Source: a virus | DNA length: 12,580 nucleotides | Reading direction: 5' to 3' (one strand) | UHGV virus genome: UHGV-1654074 | Shown: piece after piece, positions 1 through 7,712 of the stretch | Layout: each line of letters starts with the position of its first letter | How positions within the stretch are numbered: position 1 is the first letter of the stretch | Translations under genes and position numbers: made by a program | The notes under the pieces: model-generated | What the model was told of the DNA's origin: nothing | The model's input: the letters and a program-made list of their open reading frames with translations, nothing else | Database searches by the model: none

Positions 1-43
1 TCTGCGCATGTCTCGTGGGCTCGGAGATGTGTATAAGAGACAG
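1..43. other. Synthetic library adapter: Illumina Nextera read-2 transposase adapter (GTCTCGTGGGCTCGG + 19-bp Tn5 mosaic end AGATGTGTATAAGAGACAG, 10-43) preceded by an index-like 8-mer CTGCGCAT (2-9). Not biological sequence.
   Basis: Bases 10-43 read GTCTCGTGGGCTCGGAGATGTGTATAAGAGACAG, exactly the Nextera read-2 adapter as I know it. The reverse complement of the same string is at the 3' end of the window. Confidence 0.9.
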
Positions 44-72
44 AGTCAAAACGTACAGAGGAATTTAAAAAG

Positions 73-1470
73 ATGCCGGAATCCATTCGAAACATGATTA
101 CTCCGCCACGCAACAGTGCTCCACGCGTACAGGATGATGAACCTGCAGCCTCCCGGACGCCAGTGCAGGCAGCAGCACCCGTGGTGGATGAAAACAGCAT
201 CCGTGCGCAGGTACTGGCAGAGCAAAAAGCGCGTGTAAACGGTATTAATGATCTGTTTGCCATGTTTGACGGGCGTTATCAGACGCTGCAGGCTCAGTGT
301 CTTGCCGATCCTGAATGTTCGCTGGAGCAGGCCCGCGAAAAGCTGTTGAACGAGATGGGTCGCGAGTCCACGCCATCCAATAAAAATACCCTGGATCATA
401 TTTATGCCGGTAACGGTAATTTTGTGGGGGACGGGATCCGCCAGGCGCTGATGGCGCGTGCCGGATTTGAAAAAACCGAACGTGATAATGTCTACAACGG
501 GATGACCCTGCGTGAATATGCCCGTATGTCACTGACTGAACGGGGTATTGGGGTTTCCAGTTATAACCCGATGCAGATGGTCGGTGCGGCGTTCACACAC
601 AGTACGTCTGACTTCGGTAATATTCTGCTGGATGTTGCGAACAAAGCCATTCTGCAGGGCTGGGAAGATGCCCCTGAAACCTATGAACAGTGGACGCGGA
701 AAGGTCAGTTGTCTGATTTTAAAATTGCCCATCGTGTGGGTATGGGGGGCTTCAGTGCTCTGCGTCAGGTGCGTGAAGGGGCGGAATATAAATACGTCAC
801 CACCGGAGATAAACAGGCCACTATTGCACTGGCGACCTATGGCGAGCTGTTCAGTATCACCCGTCAGGCCATTATCAATGATGATCTGAATATGCTGACC
901 GATGTCCCGATGAAACTGGGCCGTGCGGCGAAATCCACTATTGCCGATCTGGTTTATGCCATTCTGACGTCTAACCCGAAAATATCCACAGATAATGTAA
1001 GTCTGTTCGATAAAGCGAAACATGCAAACGTACTGGAGAGCGCTGCAATGGACGTGGCATCGCTGGATAAAGCCCGCCAGTTGATGCGCGTACAGAAAGA
1101 GGGGGAGCGTCATCTGAATATTCGTCCTGCGTTCGTACTGGTACCGACGGCGATGGAGTCTGTTGCTAACCAGGTCATTCGCTCCTCAAGTGTCAAGGGG
1201 GCTGACATTAACGCCGGTATTATTAACCCGGTGAAAGATTTTGCGACCGTTATTGCAGAGCCTCGTCTTGATGATAACAGCCAGACCACCTTCTACCTGG
1301 CTGCGTCAAAAGGCTCCGATACGATTGAAGTGGCTTATCTCAACGGTGTGGATACGCCATATATTGATCAGATGGAGGGCTTCAGTGTGGATGGCGTGAC
1401 AACGAAAGTGCGTATTGACGCTGGTGTCGCGCCAGTTGATCACCGCGGTCTGGTGAAATGTACGGCGTAA
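73..1470 (+). CDS. Putative major capsid (head) protein, 465 aa from the ATG at 73. The frame is open upstream to the adapter junction, so the N-terminus could be truncated.
   Basis: Large ORF directly upstream of the head-completion and tail genes, i.e. in the gene E slot of lambda-like order. The N-terminal ~100 aa are charged and helical-looking (ENSIRAQVLAEQKARV..., EQAREKLLNEMGRE), as in capsid delta/scaffold-like domains. AGAGGA lies 10 nt upstream of the ATG at 73. Not recognisably lambda gpE; the fold assignment is inference. Confidence 0.55.
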   Translation: MPESIRNMITPPRNSAPRVQDDEPAASRTPVQAAAPVVDENSIRAQVLAEQKARVNGINDLFAMFDGRYQTLQAQCLADPECSLEQAREKLLNEMGRESTPSNKNTLDHIYAGNGNFVGDGIRQALMARAGFEKTERDNVYNGMTLREYARMSLTERGIGVSSYNPMQMVGAAFTHSTSDFGNILLDVANKAILQGWEDAPETYEQWTRKGQLSDFKIAHRVGMGGFSALRQVREGAEYKYVTTGDKQATIALATYGELFSITRQAIINDDLNMLTDVPMKLGRAAKSTIADLVYAILTSNPKISTDNVSLFDKAKHANVLESAAMDVASLDKARQLMRVQKEGERHLNIRPAFVLVPTAMESVANQVIRSSSVKGADINAGIINPVKDFATVIAEPRLDDNSQTTFYLAASKGSDTIEVAYLNGVDTPYIDQMEGFSVDGVTTKVRIDAGVAPVDHRGLVKCTA

Positions 1471-1493
1471 ACGTCGCAGATAACAACTCTGAT

Positions 1494-1513
1494 GGCCCGT
1501 AAGGGCTTTTTTT
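1494..1513 (+). terminator. Weak intrinsic-terminator-like element: short GC stem (GCCC/GGGC) with GTAA tetraloop followed by T7.
   Basis: ggcccgtaagggc followed by ttttttt, 24 nt after the capsid stop (1468-1470). The stem is only 4-5 bp, so strength is doubtful. Confidence 0.35.
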
Positions 1514-1524
1514 GTACCTGAAAT

Positions 1525-1543
1525 CAGCCCCTGAACGGGGCTG
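1525..1543 (+). promoter_or_regulatory. Stable hairpin (7-bp stem CAGCCCC/GGGGCTG, loop TGAAC) just upstream of the RBS of the next gene; no U-tract, so not a terminator. Possible mRNA stability or translation-modulating structure.
   Basis: Perfect 7-bp inverted repeat at 1525-1531 / 1537-1543. GGAGA (1546-1550) and the ATG at 1557 follow. Confidence 0.3.
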
Positions 1544-1556
1544 TGCGGAGACAGTT

Positions 1557-1880
1557 ATGGCAAAGAATTTTGTAGAAGAAGGAAAAACGGTGGCGATTGT
1601 TGCCAGTGCAGCCATCAGCAGCGGAGATCTGGTGCAGGTGGGGGATGTTTTTGCGGTGGCGCTGACCGATATTCCACAGGGTGAAACAGGCGACGGCCTG
1701 ACCGAAGGTGTGTTTATGCTGCCTAAGCTGAAAACGGATGACATGAAAACGGGTAAGAAGGTTTATCTGAAGTCCGGAAAAGTTCAGCTGACTAACAGCG
1801 GCTCTGATCCGCTGGTCGGGGTTGTCTGGGCAGATGCCGGAACCAGTGCAGAAGAAGTGCCGGTAAAACTCAATGTCTGA
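1557..1880 (+). CDS. Small head-associated protein, 107 aa; resembles DUF2190-type small proteins found next to capsid genes (possible decoration or head-completion role). Occupies the lambda FI slot but is not FI-like in size.
   Basis: ORF 1512-1880 in the track. I place the start at the internal ATG at 1557 (MAKNFVEEGKT...), which has GGAGA 6 nt upstream; the track start at 1512 lies in the terminator/hairpin region. Family assignment is from recalled sequence pattern (GVFMLPK..., VPVKLNV C-terminus) and is tentative. Confidence 0.45.
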   Translation: MAKNFVEEGKTVAIVASAAISSGDLVQVGDVFAVALTDIPQGETGDGLTEGVFMLPKLKTDDMKTGKKVYLKSGKVQLTNSGSDPLVGVVWADAGTSAEEVPVKLNV

Positions 1881-2148
1881 TCCCTTTTCCCGGCTGGCAG
1901 CGCGTATGGATGCGATCACGGTCAGAAAGATGGGAAAGACAGCCTCGATTAATGATGTCGATATGACTGTGATCCCGGGAGAAACACTGGCAGAGCTGAA
2001 TGCTCTGTCCGGACCTGCGGTCTCTCTGGTGGTGTTTTCTTCGGGATACCGCCCACGGCGCGGGGATCGCGTTGTTTATGACGGACAACAATGGACGGTC
2101 ACACGGCATGAACGCTTTAACGGTAAGCCAATGATCTTTATTGAGTAA
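1873..2148 (+). CDS. Head-tail joining / head-completion protein, gpFII-like by position and size (91 aa).
   Basis: Start overlaps the upstream stop (ATGTCTGA, 1873-1880), indicating translational coupling. Small protein immediately before Z. The C-terminal RRGDRVVYDGQQWTVTRHERF resembles head-tail adaptor proteins. Shorter than lambda FII (117 aa), so homology is uncertain. Confidence 0.5.
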   Translation: MSDPFSRLAARMDAITVRKMGKTASINDVDMTVIPGETLAELNALSGPAVSLVVFSSGYRPRRGDRVVYDGQQWTVTRHERFNGKPMIFIE

Positions 2149-2159
2149 AGAGGTGTGGG

Positions 2160-2738
2160 ATGAAGGGGCTTGAGAATGCCATCCGCAATCTGAACAGCCT
2201 TGATACCCGTATGGTGCCACAGGCCAGCGCATGGGCGATAAACCGTGTGGCACAGAAAGCGGTCTCGGTTGCCACCCGGCAGGTTGCCGGGAATACCGTT
2301 GCGGGAGATAACCAGGTGAAAGGGATCCCCCTGAAACTGGTACGTCAGCGTGTCCGGGTGTTTAAAGCCAGTCCGTCAGGAAAAATGACGGCCAGGATCC
2401 GCGTTAACCGGGGCAATCTGCCTGCCATTAAGCTGGGGACAGCCCGGGTCAGACTGACCCGGCGTGGTGGAAAACTGCAGTACCGTGGCAGCGTGCTGAA
2501 GGTGGGTAAATATCTTTTCCGGGATGCGTTTATTCAGCAACTGGCGAATGGTCGCTGGCATGTGATGCGGCGTATTGATGGCAAAAATCGTTACCCCATT
2601 GATGTGGTGAAAATCCCTCTGTCCGTACCGCTGACACAGGCATTTGAAGATGCCCGCGACCGCATCATTGCTGCGGAAATGCCGAAACAGCTGGGGTATG
2701 CACTGAAACAACAACTGAGGTTATGGCTGACCCGATGA
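2160..2738 (+). CDS. Z: Tail completion protein Z homologue (192 aa, the same length as lambda gpZ).
   Basis: 192-aa ORF in the lambda Z position with GAGG upstream of the ATG. Its stop overlaps the U start in an ATGA motif, as in lambda. Confidence 0.8.
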   Translation: MKGLENAIRNLNSLDTRMVPQASAWAINRVAQKAVSVATRQVAGNTVAGDNQVKGIPLKLVRQRVRVFKASPSGKMTARIRVNRGNLPAIKLGTARVRLTRRGGKLQYRGSVLKVGKYLFRDAFIQQLANGRWHVMRRIDGKNRYPIDVVKIPLSVPLTQAFEDARDRIIAAEMPKQLGYALKQQLRLWLTR

Positions 2739-3136
2739 ACCGACATACACAAATCCGCCAGGTCGTACTGGCACGCCTTCGGGAGCAGTGTGGAGACAGC
2801 GCCACGTTTTTTGACGGGCTTCCGGCATTTGTTGATGCGCAGGAACTGCCTGCCGTGGCGGTGTGGCTGAGTGATGCTCAGTACACCGGAAAAATGACGG
2901 ATGAAGATGACTGGCAGGCTGTTCTGCATATTGCTGTCTTCATCCGGGCACAGGCACCGGATTCAGAGCTGGATATGTGGATGGAGAGCACCATTTTCCC
3001 GGCCCTGAATGATGTACCGGCACTTTCCGGACTCATCGACACCCTGATCCCACTCGGTTTTAACTATCAACGTGATAATGAGATGGCCACCTGGGCGATG
3101 GCGGAAATCACGTACCAGATCACGTACACGAATTAA
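2735..3136 (+). CDS. U: Tail terminator protein U homologue (133 aa from the ATG at 2735; alternative start at 2723).
   Basis: Translation (...ATFFDGLPAFVDAQELPAVAVWLSDAQYTGK..., DSELDMWMES..., ITYQITY) matches my recollection of lambda gpU (131 aa). ATGA start/stop overlap with Z. Confidence 0.85.
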   Translation: MNRHTQIRQVVLARLREQCGDSATFFDGLPAFVDAQELPAVAVWLSDAQYTGKMTDEDDWQAVLHIAVFIRAQAPDSELDMWMESTIFPALNDVPALSGLIDTLIPLGFNYQRDNEMATWAMAEITYQITYTN

Positions 3137-3146
3137 GGAGGTGGTA

Positions 3147-3890
3147 ATGACCACACCAAATCCACTGGCAAAAACGAAAGGTGCGGGAACGACGTTCTGG
3201 ATGTACACCGGCAAGGGCGATGCGTTTGCGAACCCTTTATCGGACACTGACTGGCTGCGTCTTGCGATGGTGAAGGATCTGCAACCTGGCGAAATGACCG
3301 CTGATGCAGAAGATGACACTTATCTCGATGATGAAGATGCAGACTGGAAAACGACAACCCAGGGGCAGAAATCCGTCGGTGATACTTCGGCGACGCTGGC
3401 CTGGCGTCCGGGTGACAGCGGACAGAAAAGACTGGTTCAGTTGTTCGACTCCGGTGAAGTCTGCGCGTTTCGAATCAAATATCCCAACGGTACTGTTGAT
3501 GTTTTCCGTGGCTGGCTGAGTTCACTGGGTAAAACCATTGCCTCAAAAGACGTGATGACCCGCACAGTGAAAATCAGCGGTGTGGGGCGTCCGTATCTGG
3601 CAGAGGAGGGCACTGAAACCGTGGGCGTTACCGGGCTGACGGTGGCACCGGCATCCGCCAGTGTCAATGTGGGAGCAACCACCACGCTGACCTTTACAGT
3701 AAAACCTGACGGAGCCAGTGACAAAGCGATCAGTGTGCATTCGACAGATCCACAGACAGCCACTGTGACCCTGAACGGGCTTGTGGCCACGGTGAAAGGC
3801 GTGAAGCAGGGCAGTGTCAGCATTGTGGGCATGACTTCTGACGGCGATTTTGTGGCAGTGGCTACGGTGGCTGTCAGCGCCGCAGGTTAA
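3147..3890 (+). CDS. V: Major tail tube protein V homologue (247 aa) with a C-terminal Ig-like (Big_2-type) domain.
   Basis: AAGGAGG at 3135-3141, 5 nt before the ATG at 3147 (the track start at 3072 is upstream and unlikely). MTTPNPLAKTKGAGTTFW..., YLDDEDADW and NGTVDVFRGW motifs match my recollection of lambda gpV (246 aa). The C-terminal ~90 aa are T/V/S-rich beta-strand-like sequence typical of Ig-like domains. Confidence 0.9.
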   Translation: MTTPNPLAKTKGAGTTFWMYTGKGDAFANPLSDTDWLRLAMVKDLQPGEMTADAEDDTYLDDEDADWKTTTQGQKSVGDTSATLAWRPGDSGQKRLVQLFDSGEVCAFRIKYPNGTVDVFRGWLSSLGKTIASKDVMTRTVKISGVGRPYLAEEGTETVGVTGLTVAPASASVNVGATTTLTFTVKPDGASDKAISVHSTDPQTATVTLNGLVATVKGVKQGSVSIVGMTSDGDFVAVATVAVSAAG

Positions 3891-3910
3891 CAGGACGATA
3901 CTCATCATTT

Positions 3911-3934
3911 GCCCCGGTTATCCGGGGCTTTTTT
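3911..3934 (+). terminator. Intrinsic (rho-independent) terminator-like hairpin between V and G: 7-bp GC stem GCCCCGG/CCGGGGC, TTAT loop, then T6.
   Basis: gccccggttatccggggctttttt read directly. The V-G spacer is 57 bp, against roughly 15 bp in lambda as I recall it. Confidence 0.6.
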
Positions 3935-3950
3935 GCAGGTGGAGAACATG

Positions 3951-4337
3951 ATGTTTCTGAAACAGGGCACGTTTAATCATGAAAAACAGTCCGTGGTGCT
4001 CAGTGAGCTGTCCGGGCTGCAGAGAATTGAATATCTGGCGTTTCTTCAGCAGCGAACGGCAAAGTTTGATGCCGAAGAGGGAGAACTGCCGGAGGCTGAA
4101 CGACAGATTGCTTTTCTGCGGATGGGGATGGATATCAATGCCTGGCTGGTTTCCCGCTCACTGTGGAATGCGGATCAGTCTAAGGATGTAGAGACGCTTT
4201 GCGCATCCGTTATTACAACATGGTCGTATGATGCCCTGGGTGCGGGGGCGGAGATGGTTCTGTCGCTGAGCGGTATGGGGGCCATTGAGAATGCCGGGGA
4301 TTTGGAGCATGAGGTGCTGACGCCGGAAAAGTCCTGA
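3951..4337 (+). CDS. G: Tail assembly chaperone G homologue (128 aa from the ATG at 3951; the ATG at 3948 is also possible).
   Basis: MFLKQGTFNHEKQSVVLSELSGLQRIEYLAF... resembles lambda gpG (MFLK..., LSELSALQRIEHLA..., 140 aa). GGAG at 3941-3944 is 6 nt before 3951. Confidence 0.85.
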   Translation: MFLKQGTFNHEKQSVVLSELSGLQRIEYLAFLQQRTAKFDAEEGELPEAERQIAFLRMGMDINAWLVSRSLWNADQSKDVETLCASVITTWSYDALGAGAEMVLSLSGMGAIENAGDLEHEVLTPEKS

Positions 4338-4675
4338 CGCGGGAAATGCAGTTTGTCATGCGGCTTGCCCGGGAGTTCCGGCGGGCAGACTGGCGGCGGA
4401 TGCTGTCGGAAATGTCGGCCACTGAGCTTGGTGAGTGGGGCGATTATTTCCGGATGCAGAGCTTTAGTGATGTGTGGATGGATGCGCAGTTTGCCTCGCT
4501 GAAGGCATTGATCGTGAGAATGGTGTCCGGCAGCAGTGATGCTGCGGTGGCTGATTTCAGCCTTTTACCGGAAGAGAACGGGATACCGGAGCGAACGGAC
4601 GAAGAACTGATGCATCTTGGGGAAGGTATTTCCGGAGGTGTGCGTTATGGACCAGATAGCCAACCTGGTCATTGA
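3951..4675 (+). CDS. G-T: G-T fusion tail assembly chaperone made by programmed -1 ribosomal frameshift near the end of G (candidate slip site G GAA AAG at 4325-4331); T portion 4331-4675. Predicted fusion about 241 aa.
   Basis: The frame of ORF 4346-4675 is -1 relative to G. That frame is open from 4313 (an in-frame TGA at 4310-4312 closes it upstream), so entry must occur within 4313-4334. The only heptamer there with a shifty A-site codon is G GAA AAG. The T part has no SD of its own. Conserved G-T arrangement of lambda. Confidence 0.75.
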
Positions 4676-7600
4676 TTTGGGGATTGATGCGGCAGAGTTT
4701 AAAAATGAAATTCCCCGTATCAAAAACCTTCTGAATGGTGCAGCCAGCGATGCAGAACGGTCTTCTGCCCGTATGCAGCGTTTTATGGAGCGTCAGACTC
4801 AGGCCGCCCGGCAGACAACGCAGGCGGCTTCTTCGGCTGCAACAGCCGCATCCGTCCATGCGCAGACGGTGGAGAAGAACGCACAGGCTCATGAACGCAT
4901 GGCCCGCGAGGTGGAGAAAACCCGCCAGCGCATGGAGGCACTGAGCCAGAAAATGCGCGAGGAACAGGCGCAGGCCATGGCTCTGGCGGAGGCTCAGGAT
5001 AAAGCGGCTGCTGCGTTTTATCGTCAGATTGACAGTGTGAAACAGGCCAGTGCGGGGCTGCAGGAATTACAGCGTATTCAGCAGCAGATCCGACAGGCCA
5101 GAAACAGTGGCGGGATTGGTCAGCAGGATTATCTGGCGCTGATTTCTGAGGTTACTGCGAAAACCCGTGTTCTTACACAGGCTGAGGAAGAGGCTACCCG
5201 ACAGAAAGTGGCGTTTATCCGTCAGCTTAAAGAGCAGGCAACCCGCCTGAATCTTTCATCTTCTGAGTTGCTTCGTGCTAAGGCAGCCCAGCTGGGGGTA
5301 AGCAGTGCTGCAGAAGTGTATATCCGCAAAATGGAGCAGGCAGGAAAAGCCACGCATTCGCTGGGTCTGAAAAGTGCAGCAGCCCGCCAGGAGATAGGCG
5401 TTCTGATAGGTGAACTGGCCCGCGGCAATTTAGGGGCGCTGAGGGGATCCGGGATAACGCTGGCTAACCGTGCCGGATGGATAGACACACTGATGTCACC
5501 GAAAGGCATGATGCTTGGCGGGGTTATTGGCGGTATTGCCGCGGCCGTCTATGGTCTGGGTAAAGCCTGGTATGACGGTCAGAAGGAGGGGGAAGAATTT
5601 AACCGCCAGTTGTCGCTGACGGGGCATTATGCCGGAGTCACTGCCGGGCAGCTGTGGACGCTCAGTCGTGCTATTTCCGGGAATGGTATCACGCAACATG
5701 CTGCAGCCGGTGCGCTGGCTCAGGTGGTGGGGAGTGGTGCATTTCGTGGAAACGATATCGGTATGGTGGCGAGAGCTGCCGCACAGATGGAGCGATCGGT
5801 TGGCCAGTCGGTCAGCGATACCATAAATCAGTTTAAGCGGCTGAAGGATGATCCTGTAAATGCCGCGAAGGCTCTGGACAATGAGCTGCATTTTCTTACT
5901 GCCACTCAGCTTGAGCAGATACGCGTCCTTGGGGAGCAGGGGCGGTCCAGTGATGCTGCACGGATAGCCATGTCTGCACTGGCAGAGGAAACCGGTCGGC
6001 GTACTGCGGATATTGATAATAACCTCAATGCGCTTGGCAGTACGCTGAAGTATCTGTCTGATTTGTGGAGTCGTTTCTGGGATGCGGCCATGAATATTGG
6101 TCGTGAAGACTCGCTGGATGAACAGATTGCCGCTTTACAGGAGAAAGTGTCGCGGGCGAAAAGACTCCCCTGGACGGCATCATCTTCTCAGGTTGAATAC
6201 GATCAGCAGCGTCTTAACGATCTTCAGGAGAAAAAACGCCAGAAGGATTTGCAGGATGCAAAAGAGCAGGCAGAGCGGAATTATCAGGAGCAACAGAAAC
6301 GCCGTAATGCTGAAAATGCTGCACTGAACCGGATGAATGAAACGGAAGCAGCACGACATCAGCGTGAAATTGCGCGTATTAATGCCATGCAGTACGCCGA
6401 TCAGGCTGTCAGGGATGCGGCGATACAACGTGAAAATGAACGTTACGAGAAAGCCCTGGCATCCGGTAAGAAAAAAACACGCGAAACCCGTAATGATGAG
6501 GCCACCCGGTTATTGCTGCAGTACAGTCAGCAACAGGCACAGGTGGAAGGACAGATTGCTGCTGCCAGACAGTCAGCAGGCATTGCCACGGAAAGGATGA
6601 CAGAAGCGCATAAACAGCTTCTGGCTCTGCAGCAGCGCATCAGCGACCTGGACGGGAAAAAACTGACGGCAGATGAAAAGAGTGTGCTGGCCCGTAAAGA
6701 TGAACTGATTCAGGCACTGACGCTGCTGGATGTAAAACAGCAGGAGCTTCAGAAACAGACGGCACTCAACGAGCTGAAGAAAAAAACAATTCAGCTGACC
6801 AGTCAACTGGCTGAAGAAGAGCGCGCTCAGCGTCAGCAACATGACCTGGATATCGCCACGGTGGGTATGGGTGATCAGCAGCGACAGCGATATCAGGTAC
6901 AACTGAGTCTTCGCCAGAAATACCAGCAACAGCTGGAGCAGTTGAGGCGGGATAGTGAGCAGAAAGGGACATATAACACGGATGACTACAGAAAGGCCGA
7001 GCAGGCGCTGACGGAGAGCCTGAACCGACAACTGAATGAGAATCGCCGTTACTGGCAACAGCTTGAAGTTGTGCAGGGTAACTGGAAAAACGGAGTCCTG
7101 CGTGCATTTCAGGATTTTACCGTGGATGCAGATAATACGGCAGAAACAGCAGAACAGGTGTTCTCGTCAGCCTTCAGCAACATGGGAAATGGCCTGGCAA
7201 CTTTTGTCACTACCGGCAAACTCAATTTCAAATCTTTCACCTCTTCTGTGCTGTCAGATATGGCGAAAATCCTGGCGCAGGCAACCATGATGAAATCGAT
7301 AAAAGGGATTGGCAGTGTACTGGGATTTGATCTCAGCAGCCTTTCCCTGAATGCCAATGGGGGGATTTATCAGTCTGCTGATTTGAGTCGTTACAGTGGC
7401 ACGGTGGTTAACCGTCCGACGTTTTTTGCTTTTGCAAAAGGCGCGGGTGTGATGGGGGAAGCTGGACCTGAAGCCATTCTGCCACTGCGTCGTGGTGCTG
7501 ACGGTAAGCTGGGGGTTGTGGCGGATATTGGTGGTTCAGGTATGGCGATGTTTGCCCCGCAGTACAACATCGAGATCAATAACGATGGCACGAACGGGCA

Positions 7601-7712
7601 GATAGGTCCGGCTGCCCTGAAGGTGGTTTATGACCTTGGGAAAAAAGCGGCAGCGGACTTTATGCAACAGCAGGCCCGTGATGGTGGTCGGTTAAGTGGA
7701 GCATATCGGTAA
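4647..7712 (+). CDS. H: Tail length tape measure protein H homologue (1021 aa).
   Basis: GGAGGTG precedes the ATG at 4647 (the track start at 4617 is upstream and less likely). Very long Q/E/R/K/A-rich helical protein with an internal hydrophobic segment (MMLGGVIGGIAAAVYGLG). The C-terminal region (...FAFAKGAGVMGEAGPEAILPLRRGADGKLGV...) is as I recall for lambda gpH. Stop overlaps the M start (TAATG). Confidence 0.9.
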   Translation: MDQIANLVIDLGIDAAEFKNEIPRIKNLLNGAASDAERSSARMQRFMERQTQAARQTTQAASSAATAASVHAQTVEKNAQAHERMAREVEKTRQRMEALSQKMREEQAQAMALAEAQDKAAAAFYRQIDSVKQASAGLQELQRIQQQIRQARNSGGIGQQDYLALISEVTAKTRVLTQAEEEATRQKVAFIRQLKEQATRLNLSSSELLRAKAAQLGVSSAAEVYIRKMEQAGKATHSLGLKSAAARQEIGVLIGELARGNLGALRGSGITLANRAGWIDTLMSPKGMMLGGVIGGIAAAVYGLGKAWYDGQKEGEEFNRQLSLTGHYAGVTAGQLWTLSRAISGNGITQHAAAGALAQVVGSGAFRGNDIGMVARAAAQMERSVGQSVSDTINQFKRLKDDPVNAAKALDNELHFLTATQLEQIRVLGEQGRSSDAARIAMSALAEETGRRTADIDNNLNALGSTLKYLSDLWSRFWDAAMNIGREDSLDEQIAALQEKVSRAKRLPWTASSSQVEYDQQRLNDLQEKKRQKDLQDAKEQAERNYQEQQKRRNAENAALNRMNETEAARHQREIARINAMQYADQAVRDAAIQRENERYEKALASGKKKTRETRNDEATRLLLQYSQQQAQVEGQIAAARQSAGIATERMTEAHKQLLALQQRISDLDGKKLTADEKSVLARKDELIQALTLLDVKQQELQKQTALNELKKKTIQLTSQLAEEERAQRQQHDLDIATVGMGDQQRQRYQVQLSLRQKYQQQLEQLRRDSEQKGTYNTDDYRKAEQALTESLNRQLNENRRYWQQLEVVQGNWKNGVLRAFQDFTVDADNTAETAEQVFSSAFSNMGNGLATFVTTGKLNFKSFTSSVLSDMAKILAQATMMKSIKGIGSVLGFDLSSLSLNANGGIYQSADLSRYSGTVVNRPTFFAFAKGAGVMGEAGPEAILPLRRGADGKLGVVADIGGSGMAMFAPQYNIEINNDGTNGQIGPAALKVVYDLGKKAAADFMQQQARDGGRLSGAYR

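Noticed and set aside
529-1113. 194-aa minus-strand ORF and other minus-strand ORFs inside the capsid gene (46-399, 245-532) plus + strand ORF 548-889
   Set aside because: All lie inside the capsid coding region in alternative or antisense frames and have odd composition. The + frame of 73-1470 is the long, start-signalled one.
3072-3146. Track start of V at 3072 (Arg-rich MIMRWPPGRWRKSRTRSRTR...)
   Set aside because: It overlaps the end of U. The consensus AAGGAGG SD sits directly before the ATG at 3147, where the gpV-like sequence begins.
4346-4675. T annotated as an independent 109-aa CDS starting at ATG 4346
   Set aside because: It has no SD, its frame is open upstream into the end of G, and in lambda-type phages T is expressed only as the G-T frameshift fusion.
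6573-7058. 161-aa minus-strand L/Q-rich ORF and Arg-rich + strand ORFs (4735-4944, 6097-6327, 6337-6600) inside H
   Set aside because: They are alternative-frame readings of the highly biased Q/E/K/R-rich tape measure coding sequence, with low-complexity translations and no start signals.
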